Positions 1 through 9,291 of a DNA stretch of 25,193 nt are shown here, piece by piece. The notes under the pieces are model-generated. The model saw only the letters and a program-made list of their open reading frames with translations. It did no database searches and was not told the DNA's origin. Numbering within the stretch: the stretch's first letter is position 1; each line of letters opens with the position of its first letter. Where the stretch lies: the NCBI RefSeq assembly GCF_006345805.1, contig NW_021836213.1, positions 1 to 25,193 on the forward strand, written 5' to 3'. A program made the translations under genes and the position numbers. Source of the DNA: Octopus sinensis. Lineage: Eukaryota.

Positions 1-497
1 TTGAACCCGGCACCGCCACAACTGGAACACAATTTCCACAAAAATTGGTATACAAATTGTTTAATCTTCGGAGGCGAAGACACTCCCCCAAACAGCAGTT
101 TTCACAATTATTTTAAAATTCTTCAAAAAGTATATTTTTAGTAGACACCATACTCCACTAAGCAACAATTCTCATAATTGAGAAAAATATTCACTCAACA
201 TAAACCGCCAACTAGGAAGGAGAACCCTAACCCCCAACCATAAGTTCTAACAATTCTGCGAGAAAAAAATATTCGCTCCATGCAGGCAGAACCAGAATTC
301 TGAATCCAGTAGGACTTCCTGCCTGTACAAAAATAATTCTCAACGAAAATTCCCACTGGACCCAAAAAAAAAAAAAACAGAATCTTACCTTACAATGGAG
401 CTTCAAAATTTTTCAATTCGAGACGGCTTCAAAAGCATGTCTCACCGCTTTGGTGCCGAACACCACACTTATTCGCACATGCGCAGTGGAAGCAAGC

Positions 498-650
498 TTC
501 TTACCACACAGCCATTCCTTCGCTTATGGCGTTCACGTAACTTTGCCTACGGAAATGGTTGTGTGGATAAGAGGATCACTTCACAAGGACGTAGTTTCGA
601 GTTTCATCCTACAGTGTGGTACCTTCTGACTTGTGTGTCTTTCATGTCTT
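498..650. mobile_element. Back-to-back degenerate SINE family A heads
   Basis: AAGCAAGCTTCTTACCACACAGCCATTCCT is a minus-strand head. GGAAATGGTTGTGTGGATAAG... is an eroded plus-strand head. Confidence 0.5.
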
Positions 651-678
651 GTGAGAGGAATTGTACATGGAAACTCTA

Positions 679-729
679 TGTGTGTGTGTGTACGCATGAG
701 TGTGTGTGTGTGTGTGTGGTGTGTGTGTG

Positions 730-776
<47 letters not shown>

Positions 777-780
777 TGTG
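679..780. repeat. (TG)n microsatellite
   Basis: Directly visible. Confidence 0.97.
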
Positions 781-1057
781 TGTAGTTCTTTCCGTTGTAG
801 TCTTTTTCTTTACAGAGCTATCTTCTGCATTCTTTGTACACACGAACAGTTTTTCTAGGATGCATTCAAGACTTTGTAATAGCATTTAATGTCTTGTCAC
901 TAACTTTTCTCTTTAATTTTCAGGTATATTCTTTCTATGAGTTGTTGTCTATAATTTTTTTTGGTGGGGGGTGTAATTGCTTTTTAAAAATATCAGTACA
1001 TTAGCAAATGTTTACATTTTATATTTTACCTCCATAACTCACAATATAGTGTTCGTA

Positions 1058-1266
1058 GGAGGGTAGTGAGCTTGCAAAATCGTTAACACACCGGGAAAAA
1101 TGCTTAGCGGCATTTCGCTTGACTTGACATTCTGAGTTCAAATTCCGCTGAGGGCGACTATACTCTTCATCCTTTCGGGGTCGATAAGTACCAGTTGCGC
1201 ACTGGGTCGCTGTAATCAACTAAAGCCTTCCTCGACCTTGCTGGCTTTGTGCAAAAATTCGAAACC
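1058..1266 (+). mobile_element. tRNA-derived SINE, family B
   Basis: AATCGTTAACACACCGGGAAAAATGCTTAGCGG...GAGTTCAAATTCCG (B box)...TCATCCTTTCGGGGTCGATAAGTACCAG. Confidence 0.85.
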
Positions 1267-1269
1267 AGT

Positions 1270-1572
1270 AGGGTGCTTGTATGTATAGGATAACGTGTTG
1301 TTGTATTACCTCCTACCTTTCTAACGACGAAGAAATCGTTAAACCATTCTTGGTTGCAGGATTTACAAGAAGTTACACCAAATCTCCCTCCAGTGGCAAT
1401 CGCATTTTTTTGGTTCAAGGTGGACGAATTATACTAGATTGCCTAATTTGCTCAAGAGACGTGGGATACGAAGCCATGAAAATAAAGTGATGGTCACGGC
1501 TGGAATGCCTTTAATTCCTAGGTCTACAACATAAAAGCCGACTTCGAATAAACATCATCAACAACAACAAAC
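1270..1572 (+). mobile_element. Probable LINE 3' end with a (CAA)n tail
   Basis: GGTCACGGCTGGAATGC (1492-1508) recurs exactly on the minus strand at 8766-8782. Related degenerate ends lie near 16035-16090 (-) and 21120-21185 (+). It ends in AACATCATCAACAACAACAA. Confidence 0.5.
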
Positions 1573-1759
1573 AAAGCAACTGTAATTTTTCATAAACCCT
1601 TCAAACTACAATCGTACTCAAGTATGCATAAAAAACAGAAAGACACAACCAAGTCAGGTCTTAAGTGGAAGCCCCTTCAATAGAACACACTTGTAATTGA
1701 ACATTCTGCATTTATAATTGAAACTTGATAAGAAAAACAGAAAACCTTGTGTATAATAC

Positions 1760-1935
1760 TTACTTTATTGAGGTCGTGCTGCAGAACGGCGTGTCGCTTA
1801 AAGGGGCGGCGTTATTATCGGTTTCGATTTCATCATAATTCAGAGTGCTGCTCCGTTTCTTGCTGTACATTCTCCAGATGAACAACAAAATGGCGACGAC
1901 TACCAAACACCCACACACAGCAGCGAGAACCACAG
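1760..1935 (-). CDS. Exon encoding a transmembrane helix and cytoplasmic tail of a single-pass (type I) membrane protein
   Basis: Minus-strand acceptor ttttcttgcttcAG at 1936-1937. Phase-1 reading gives (A)VVLAAVCGCLVVVAILLFIW-RMYSKKRSSTLNYDEIETDNNAAPLSDTPFCSTTSIK*: about 21 hydrophobic residues, then basic stop-transfer residues. It ends either at TAA 1760-1762 or splices at AAA|GTAAGT (exon end 1764). This frame is absent from the ORF track because it has no upstream ATG. Confidence 0.75.
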
Positions 1936-1966
1936 CTGAAGCAAGAAAATATAATGAAAGAGAGGG

Positions 1967-2002
<36 letters not shown>

Positions 2003-2063
2003 CCATATATCTATACATATATATATATATGTATATGTATATATATGTACATAATATATGATT

Positions 2064-2112
<49 letters not shown>

Positions 2113-2194
2113 GAGTAATTATTTTATAGAAGGAGCTTCTACAGGACTAGAACTGTTAGTCCTGTAGAAGCTCCTTCTATAAAATAAATTACTC
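2113..2194. repeat. Near-perfect hairpin (about 37-bp arms, 7-nt loop)
   Basis: GAGTAATTATTTTATAGAAGGAGCTTCTACAGGACTA-gaactgt-TAGTCCTGTAGAAGCTCCTTCTATAAAATAAATTACTC. Confidence 0.9.
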
Positions 2195-2605
2195 TACTCT
2201 GCAATGTATTGAGTACCTTATTTACTGTGGTTAACCCCGACTCAATCCGGGACCTACATATATATACAACATATATATATGTATAATAACATGCATATAT
2301 TACATAACATATATACACCAACATCATACATAAATGTATATATATAAAATATATATATATTATATATAATATATATATATATATATGTACATAGATATAT
2401 GAATATATATATTATAACTATATATATATATGTATATATAATAGTTATTCGCCATACTAATATGGCATCTTATAAAATAAGAATAAAGCTGTCCGCTTAT
2501 TAGCTTCATGAGGTCATCGCCTTAAGTTAGCTATTTGATACACAAACTGTATCCATATAACCTTCGAACAAGGGAGGTCAGTCGCTCCACACTACTTGAC
2601 CGGCA

Positions 2606-2652
2606 GCTACAGACGCGTTTCGGGGTATTGCCCCTTTTCAATGCAGCGTAGC
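2606..2652 (-). ncRNA. Type I hammerhead-like fold, variant core (array copy 1)
   Basis: Reverse complement reads GCUACG-CUGCAUUGAAAA-GGGGCAAUACCCC-GAAA-CGCG-UC-UGUAGC. Stem I GCUACG/UGUAGC, stem II GGGG/CCCC, palindromic stem III, GUC cleavage triplet. Confidence 0.65.
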
Positions 2653-2967
2653 CAGCCAGTAGGTGTCGCTTCTGACAATCTCTGTTCGATGGTTTTATTT
2701 ACTAAGTTTCGGTGGAATACATCCACTTGTTTTCAATAATAGAAATATTAAAATTACTAAGTCTCTCTAAAAGAGAACAGCGGCAGCGTTCCCGGAAAAT
2801 AATAGTTATCGCCATACTAATATGGCATTCTTATAAAAATAAGATATAATAAGCTGTCCGCTTATTAGCTCATGAGGCCATCGCCTTAAGTAGCTACTTG
2901 ATACACAAACTGTATCCATATAACCTTCGAACAAGGGAAGTCAGTCGCTCCAACTACTTGACCGGCA

Positions 2968-3014
2968 GCTACAGACGCGTTTCGGGATATTGCCCTTTTC
3001 AATGCAGGCGTAGC
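2968..3014 (-). ncRNA. Type I hammerhead-like fold, variant core (array copy 2)
   Basis: Same motif as copy 1, with small indels or substitutions in stem II and at the core entry. Confidence 0.55.
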
Positions 3015-3283
3015 CAGCCAGTAGGTGTCGCTTCTGACAATCTCTGTTCGATGGTTTTATTTACCTAGTTTCGGTGGAATACATCCACTTGTTTTCAATA
3101 ATAGAAATATTAAAATTACTAAGTCTCTCTAAAGAGAACAGCGGCAGCGTTCCCGGAAATAATAGTTATCGCCATACTAATATGGCATTCTTATAAATAA
3201 GAATAAAAATAAGAATAAAGCTGTCCGAAACTAGGTAATAAAACCATCGAACAGAGATTGTCGGAAGCGACACCTACTGGCTG

Positions 3284-3330
3284 GCTACGCTGCATGAAAA
3301 GGGGCAATACCCCGAAACGCGTCTTGTAGC
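3284..3330 (+). ncRNA. Type I hammerhead-like fold, variant core (array copy 3)
   Basis: GCTACG-CTGCATGAAAA-GGGGCAATACCCC-GAAACGCGTC-TTGTAGC. Confidence 0.6.
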
Positions 3331-3642
3331 TGCCGGTCAAGTAGTGGGAGCGACTGACTTCCCTTGTTCGAAGGTTATATGGATACAGTTTGTGTATCAA
3401 ATAGCTAACTTAAGGCGATGGCCTCATGGAGCTAATAAGCGGACAGCTTTATTCTTATTTTTATAAGATGCCATATTAGTATGGCGATAACTATTATTTT
3501 CCGGAACGCTGCCGCTGTTCTCTTTTAGAGAGACCTTAGTAATTTTAATATTTCTATTATTGAAAACAATGGATGTATTCCACCGAAACTAGGTAAATAA
3601 AACCATCGAACAGAGATTGTCAGAAGCGACACCTACTGGCTG

Positions 3643-3687
3643 GCTACGCTGCATTGAAAGGGCAATACCCCGAAACGCGTCTGTAGC
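3643..3687 (+). ncRNA. Type I hammerhead-like fold, variant core (array copy 4)
   Basis: GCTACG-CTGCATTGAAA-GGGCAATACCCC-GAAACGCGTC-TGTAGC. Stem I extends via CTGGC/GCCGG. Confidence 0.65.
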
Positions 3688-3913
3688 TGCCGGTCAAGTA
3701 GTGTGGAGCGACTGACCTCCCTTGTTCGAAGGTTATATGGATACAGTTTGTGTATCAAATAGCTAACTTAAGGCGATGGCCTCATGGAGCTAATAAGCGG
3801 ACAGCTTTATTCTTATTTTTATAGAATGCCATATTAGTATGGCGATAACTATATTTTCCGGGAACGCTGCCGCTGTTCTCTTTAGAGAGACTTAGTAATT
3901 TTAATATTTCTAT

Positions 3914-3961
<48 letters not shown>

Positions 3962-3964
<3 letters not shown>

Positions 3965-4245
3965 CGTGACCGACCAGCATCAGATGTTGCTACACATCGC
4001 TGGTCACAATGCGTTCGCATTGTTTTAGCCTTTGAATGATGCTAAGCGAGCAGGCCAACAGAAGAAAGAGTGAGAGAAAGTTGTGGTGAAAGAGTGCAGC
4101 AGGGATCACCACCCCCTGCCGGAGCCTCGTGGAGCTTTTAGGTGTTTTCGCTCAATAAACACTCACAACGCCCGATCTGAGAATCGAGACCGCGATCCTA
4201 CGACCGCGAGTCCGCTGCCCCAACCACTGGGCCATTGCGCTTCCA
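3962..4245 (-). mobile_element. tRNA-derived SINE, family C
   Basis: Minus-strand head TGGAAGCGCAATGGCCCAGTGGTTGGGGCAGCGGACTCGCGG...GGTCTCGATTCTC has A and B boxes, followed by a distinct body. Confidence 0.8.
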
Positions 4246-4300
4246 TACACACACACACACACCACACACACAACTATATATATTATATATAATATATATG

Positions 4301-4394
<94 letters not shown>

Positions 4395-4400
4395 ATATAT

Positions 4401-4432
<32 letters not shown>

Positions 4433-4487
4433 GATATATATAATATATATATATATGTTTTATAATTATAAACATAATTATAATAAG

Positions 4488-4633
4488 GGGTCAGCTAATT
4501 GCTTCACCAGAGTCGACTTCGCTTGTCATCCTTTCGGTGAATTGAAATTGAGTACGAGTAAAATTCTGGGGACGATGTAATCGACTAGTCCCCTTTCCCA
4601 AAACTTCTGGCCTTGTGCCTATAATAGAAAGGA
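4488..4633 (+). mobile_element. SINE family B fragment
   Basis: GTCGACTTCGCTTGTCATCCTTTCGG...GATGTAATCGACT...GGCCTTGTGCCTATAATAGAAAGGAT. Confidence 0.75.
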
Positions 4634-5049
4634 TGTATATTATATGTATGCATATATAAATATATATATTATATTATATATACATATATATATTATTTAT
4701 GTATATATTGTGTTTGTTTGTGTGTGTGTGTTGGAGGGATGTACATATAAAATTATCAATGAAGTTTTCTAAAATTCATTCTTTCCGCATAAGAGTCAAA
4801 TCATATAAACTTTTCTTTTTATATGCAGACGTGTTTTCCCATGAAACACCGGATTTTCCTGTATACAATCTTTTTCAATGGGAGCATAAGCGCTGCGCTA
4901 CATATCATGGTGTAAGCATTGTGTTCAGGAGTGTAGTGGGAGGTCACAGATGGCTTAGCATTATTTAATCAAATACATATTATGCACTTTAGATCCTGTA
5001 TTTGTAAATAAGACGTCTGCCGTAGCGGTGAGGCTGATATTTACATTTA

Positions 5050-5288
5050 CAGCGTTGGCCAAAAGTCACCTAACACTAAATCAAAAACTATTCAATTCCA
5101 AGATCAAAATAAAATATTATTTTATATAAGACTTCGCTAATAAATACACAAATGTTGGAAGAAAATGGTGATTTTAACTCACAGCATTCAATTATTAGAC
5201 ATTCATAATTGGAATGAATGAGTAAAATTGAATATTAAGTATTTTATCGAATTTTGATTTACTGCCGGCAGACTTTTGGCCAAACCTA
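5050..5288. mobile_element. Tc1/mariner-type MITE
   Basis: TIRs CAGCGTTGGCCAAAAGTC and GACTTTTGGCCAAACCTA, flanked by TA on both sides. Confidence 0.8.
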
Positions 5289-5366
5289 TATATATATATA
5301 TCCTTAAAAATCCTTAAATCCTTAAAAAGGTTTTAGCCCGAAGACCGCGGCCATGCTGGGGCACCA

Positions 5367-5575
5367 TACTCTTTTATTCTTTTACTTGTTTCAGTCATTT
5401 GACTGCGACCATGCAGGAGCACTGCCTTTAGTTGCACAAAACCCTCAGGACTTATTCTTTGTAAGCCTAGTACTTATTCTATCAGTATCTTTTGCTGAAC
5501 CGCTAGGTAACGGGGACGTAAACACAACATCGTTTGTCAAGCAATGGTGGGAGGACAAGACAGATACACAAATAC
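5367..5575 (-). mobile_element. SINE family A, 3' half
   Basis: TACTCTTTT...GTTTCAGTCATTTGACTGCG...GTCAAGCA. Confidence 0.8.
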
Positions 5576-5600
5576 ATACATACATTTATATATATAATAT

Positions 5601-5638
<38 letters not shown>

Positions 5639-5645
<7 letters not shown>

Positions 5646-5823
5646 AAATAGTAAAGAGTGAAAAAACGACAGAAGGCTTAAATGTTAAAAATATATATAT
5701 ATTTGCGTCAATATGTCTGAAGAATATTAGAAAATTTTTTAAAAGACATATTGACGCAAATATATATATTTTTTTAACATTTAAGCCTTCTGTCGTTTTT
5801 TCACTCTTTACTATTTTCTATAT
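5639..5823. repeat. Fold-back inverted repeat (about 80-bp arms, 25-nt spacer)
   Basis: 5639-5718 is the reverse complement of 5744-5823, apart from length differences in the (TA)n and T runs. Confidence 0.9.
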
Positions 5824-5854
5824 ATTCACCCACGTGCTTTCACAAACAACTTTC

Positions 5855-5952
<98 letters not shown>

Positions 5953-5957
5953 CATAA

Positions 5958-6180
5958 ATATATATATAGTTAATCCAAACAAGAAAGCACAAAAAAAACA
6001 CAACAAAGCGAGGACGTGGAGCAAATATAGTATTATTGGACGCTCAGGAAAGAAGGAAAGAAGGAGGGTTTAACGTTTCAAGCGGAGCTCTTCGTCGGAA
6101 ACATAGGAGAAGGAAAGATCCAGAGAAAGGAAGACAGAGGAAAAAAAATCGCCAACGGTACACACGCGGTCACATTTTGA
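5958..6180 (-). mobile_element. Penelope-type pLTR fragment with a degenerate hammerhead
   Basis: Minus strand 6068-6102 reads GTTT-CCGACGA-A-GAGC(TCC)GCTT-GAAA-CG-TT-AAAC. Full hammerhead topology, but with a U4C change in the core. Confidence 0.65.
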
Positions 6181-6310
6181 ATATATCATCAGGTGTCTTG
6201 TGGAAATTTCGAACCTGGGTTCTCATTCCTAATTTACTTTTCGATCTTCTTCTTCTTCTTCTTATTATTATTATTATTATTATTATCATTATTATTATTA
6301 TTATTAAACA

Positions 6311-6378
6311 GGTCATTGCCTAGAATCGAACTCGGAATCTTGGGGTTAGTAGCCCGCGCTCTTAACCACTATGCCCGT
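6311..6378 (-). other. tRNA-like Pol III head inside the PLE terminal repeat
   Basis: Reverse complement GGGCATAGTGGTTAAGAGCGCGGGCTACTAACCCCAAGATTCCGAGTTCGATTCTAGGC has an A-box-like TAGTGGTTAAG and a B-box-like GAGTTCGATTC. A partial direct-sense copy lies at about 6593-6640. The acceptor stem is not intact, so it is not called a functional tRNA. Confidence 0.7.
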
Positions 6379-6662
6379 GAGCAATTATGCCCCTGTGGGA
6401 TGAAGTTAAAATAATAGACAGAGAACACCACTGGAAAATACGAAAACTAAAAGAAGCAGCACATATGCTGGGACACAACAACCTCCTAAGCAGACCGAGT
6501 GCAGATATGAATAGCATATGGGAACCGACATTAAGGAAGGAAAGGAAGATATTAGATTTATATGCACTAAAATTCACTCCATTATTGCCCACGGGCATAT
6601 GGCGTAGTGGTTAAGATTGCGGGCTAAGAACCCCAGGATAATAATAATATCAACAACAACAA

Positions 6663-6708
6663 GACACCTGATGAAGGCTGGATGGTATATCAGCCGAAAC
6701 GTTGTGTT
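6663..6708 (+). ncRNA. Minimal type I hammerhead ribozyme (PLE-associated)
   Basis: GACAC-CTGATGA-A-GGCTG(gatggtatat)CAGCC-GAAA-CG-TT-GTGTT. Canonical CUGAUGA and GAAA cores, 5-bp stems I and II, minimal palindromic stem III (ACGU). Confidence 0.8.
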
Positions 6709-6833
6709 AACAACAAACAAGATGAGAACAAATATCCGTCAAATGTACATAATGTACATAATTCCTCATCTCTTAAATATAGAACGTTTTAATTTGGTGA
6801 CTGTTTTAATTTTAAAGTCCCATCAATATCCCT

Positions 6834-7022
6834 TTAGCCATCGGTTTCAATATTGTCAACTTCGTCTGTTCCTGGTTTCTCATTCCAAACTGTTTTGGCC
6901 ACCGCTTCATGCCTCAACAGTGGATTATTTCTGGAGGACAACCTCTCGTATTTGGCACTTATACGGTTGGTGTCTTCATTCTCGATTTTTGCACATCCTA
7001 TACGTGCTGTTTTTTTTAACAT
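6834..7022 (-). pseudogene. Probable non-LTR retrotransposon C-terminal relic (eroded CCHC zinc-knuckle region, R4/Dong-like)
   Basis: ENEDTNRISAKYERLSSRNNPLLRHEAVAKTVWNE recalls the E-T/D-x-x-H-I-x-S-x-C...RHD-x-VAK motif of restriction-endonuclease-type LINEs. The key Cys and His residues are lost. Confidence 0.4.
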
Positions 7023-7042
7023 TTTAGAAATAATCTTATGTA

Positions 7043-7235
7043 GTTATTTTGGTCGTTAGACTGTGGCCATGAAGAACTTTTAGTCGAATATGATCAACCC
7101 CAGGACTTATATTTTTGAAAAGACTAGTATTTACTCTATCGATCTGTTATTGCCCAACCGATATATTACGGAGACATGGATTCACCAGCACCAGTTGTTA
7201 AGCAGTGTTGTTGTTGGGGGAGGGGGGAATAAGCA
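7043..7235 (-). mobile_element. Degenerate SINE family A, 3' half
   Basis: TTAGACTGTGGCCATG...CCCCAGGACTTAT...CAGCACCAGTTGTTAAGC. Confidence 0.65.
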
Positions 7236-7265
7236 CAGATACTAATATACACACATATACATAAC

Positions 7266-7445
<180 letters not shown>

Positions 7446-7543
7446 AAGTAAATACGAGAGCGACAATACTATTTAAAATACCACCGTCGCTAGTGACAGC
7501 GAATACCAGCCATACAGGCAAATTAATAATATGTATATATGTA

Positions 7544-7755
7544 CAGGGCTGGCCAAAAGTCACCTGACAGTAAATCAAAACATCTAATTCCAAGATTTAT
7601 TTATGTTAAGCAACTGAATGGGTTTTTAAAAAGCATCTAAATATGAAACATCATGAAAATTGTTCAAAGTCCTTCTTGAGCGACACATTTTTCCCATTCG
7701 AGTGAATACAGAATTACAGATTTTATTCATGGAATTTTGATTTACTGTCGGGTGA
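7544..7755. mobile_element. Second copy of the same MITE family, right TIR eroded
   Basis: Starts TA-CAGGGCTGGCCAAAAGTCACC and shares TAAATCAAAA...AATTCCAAGAT and GAATTTTGATTTACTG with 5050-5288. Confidence 0.7.
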
Positions 7756-7840
7756 ATGATAGGAAAAAATTCGTATTCTATAATAAGAGGTGGAATGTTA
7801 CCAGCTCTTCTCTCATTCTCACCGTCTTGGGTCACATTAC

Positions 7841-8752
7841 CTGTTGTCCTCATAGCTCTCTCAGATATCATCTAACACTTTCAATAGGTGGTGGTGGTGC
7901 TACAGCTGGTAGAGTAATGGTAAGAGTTGCGGTGTGTGTGTGTGTGGTGTGTGTGCGGTGGTGTAAGTGGTGGCGCTGCTAGTCATGTGCAGTGGTGGTG
8001 CCGGTGCTGGTGGGTGAAGATGCGTGTTGCTGCTGCTTGTGGCGGTGGTGGTGCTGCTAGTGGTGCTGGTGGGGATGATGGTGCTGGGGTGTAGTAGAGC
8101 TGAGCGCTGCGGCGGCGGCGGTGGTGGCGGTGTGTGTGGTGGTGTGTGGTGATGTGGTGGTGGTGTGTGGTGGATGGGTGGTGGTGGTGATGGTGGTGGT
8201 GATGGTGGTGGTGGTGGTGGTGTGTTGGTGTGGTGGTAGTGGTGATGGTGGTGGTGATGGTATGGTGTGGTTGGTGGTGGTGGTGTGGTGGTGGTTTTGT
8301 TGTATTTGTGTATAGTGGTGGTGGTGGTGGTGTGTGGTGGTGAGGTGGTGGTGTGATGTGAGGTGGGTGGGGGTGTTTGTGGTGTGATGGTGGTGTGGTG
8401 ATGGTGGTGGTGATGGTGGTGTGGTGATGGGGTGGGTGGGGTGGTGGTGGTGGATGGTGATGGTGGTGGTGTGGTGGTGGTGGTGGTGATGGTGGTGGTG
8501 GTGGGGTGATGGTGGTGGTGGTGGTGTGTGGTGGTGTGGTGATGGTTGTGGTGTGTGTGGTGTTGTGTTGGTTGTTGTGGTGGTGGTGGTGGTGATGGTG
8601 ATGTTGGTGATTCTGTTGGCAGATGCAGTAGTTGCGGCGGAGGTAGTGGGCAGGATGCTGGAGTCGATTCTGGTGCTTGTACTGGTGGTGTGAAGTGGTG
8701 ACGTTTATCATTCTTGAGAAATCTCCAACCAAGCTTTCATGGAAAAACCCAA
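7841..8752 (-). CDS. Thr/Ser-rich mucin-like ectodomain exon (frameshifted as assembled), probably the same gene as 1760-1935
   Basis: Acceptor cttatcgtttacAG (8753-8754) and donor ACAG|GTAATG (7840). The start reads GFFHESLVGDFSRMINVTTS. A shifted frame gives TSTSTRIDSSILPTTSAATTASANRITNITITTTTT with N-x-T sequons. The end reads ISERAMRTT plus 1 nt (phase 1, matching the TM exon). Several indels are needed to keep one frame across the (ACC)n tract. Confidence 0.5.
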
Positions 8753-9060
8753 CTGTAAACGATAAGCATTCCAGCCGTGACCACATTACATGTATATGTT
8801 TTTTTTTGGGTTTTTTTTACGCCAAGAATAGCTTTGTCTAATATAGTCTTTGTTGAAGAGGTCATTGCGTAACTTGAGCGAAATTTCTCTGCTGTTTGTT
8901 GAAGCTCGAATGACCACATATACGGTCCATTGTTATGTACTGCATGTGTGCGTGTGTGTGTGATGCGTATGTGTGTTGTTTTCGTTTTCCGTTTTGTGAC
9001 AAATTGGTAATTTACCGAATGAGGTAATCTACATACCTCTCGCTCCAGACTATATGTGCT

Positions 9061-9094
<34 letters not shown>

Positions 9095-9095
9095 G

Positions 9096-9140
<45 letters not shown>

Positions 9141-9291
9141 TTATGTGAAATAGAAAGATGAATAATCTTGTAGTAGATTAATCAAGTTTAACCGATACCT
9201 TAGTAGCAAAAATCACAGCAGTAAACAGCACGGTTGGAGGTAAAACCATCTGGCGTTGCAACCGTGCGTTGGTGCGGATAATTGAAATTAA

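Larger units (their letters stand above)
2440..3916. repeat. Tandem plus inverted array of a ~360-bp hammerhead-containing unit (retrozyme-like or PLE pLTR array)
   Basis: Units start at 2440, 2801 and 3161 (partial, to 3227). Orientation then flips at a CCG microhomology (3225-3227). Inverted units follow at 3225-3495, 3496-3852 and a partial to 3916. Copies differ mostly by 1-nt indels. Confidence 0.92.
6186..6785 (+). mobile_element. 5'-truncated Penelope-like element: inverted pLTR (6186-6389), GIY-YIG C-terminal ORF remnant, then pLTR
   Basis: WDEVKIIDREHHWKIRKLKEAAHMLGHNNLLSRPSADMNSIWEPTL resembles the C-terminal part of a PLE GIY-YIG endonuclease. The downstream terminal repeat contains a hammerhead. 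The upstream segment is an inverted copy of the same repeat, the classic PLE 5'-inversion layout. Confidence 0.85.

Noticed and set aside
1-370. Weak recurring AACAATTCT...GAAAAATATTC motif
   Set aside because: Only two or three degenerate occurrences in AT-rich sequence at the window edge, not distinguishable from chance or a decayed repeat.
384-500. Downstream coding exon of the minus-strand gene ending at AAG|GTAAGA (390)
   Set aside because: All three minus frames contain stops within about 100 nt, and no acceptor was found before the SINE head.
2113-2194. miRNA precursor or hammerhead at the small hairpin
   Set aside because: The near-perfect stem next to (TA)n is typical of a repeat inversion, and no CUGANGA or GAAA core is present in this copy.
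2440-3916. CRISPR-like or other prokaryotic repeat array
   Set aside because: The units are ~360-bp identical tandem copies with no unique spacers and no cas genes, in a clearly eukaryotic context.
6311-6378. Functional tRNA gene
   Set aside because: There is no proper acceptor stem or T-terminator, and it is embedded in a PLE terminal repeat.
7983-8786. 267-aa His/Pro-rich ORF from the track as a real protein
   Set aside because: The frame drifts through an indel-ridden (ACC)n tract. Flanking non-repetitive parts fit a spliced Thr-rich frame better.
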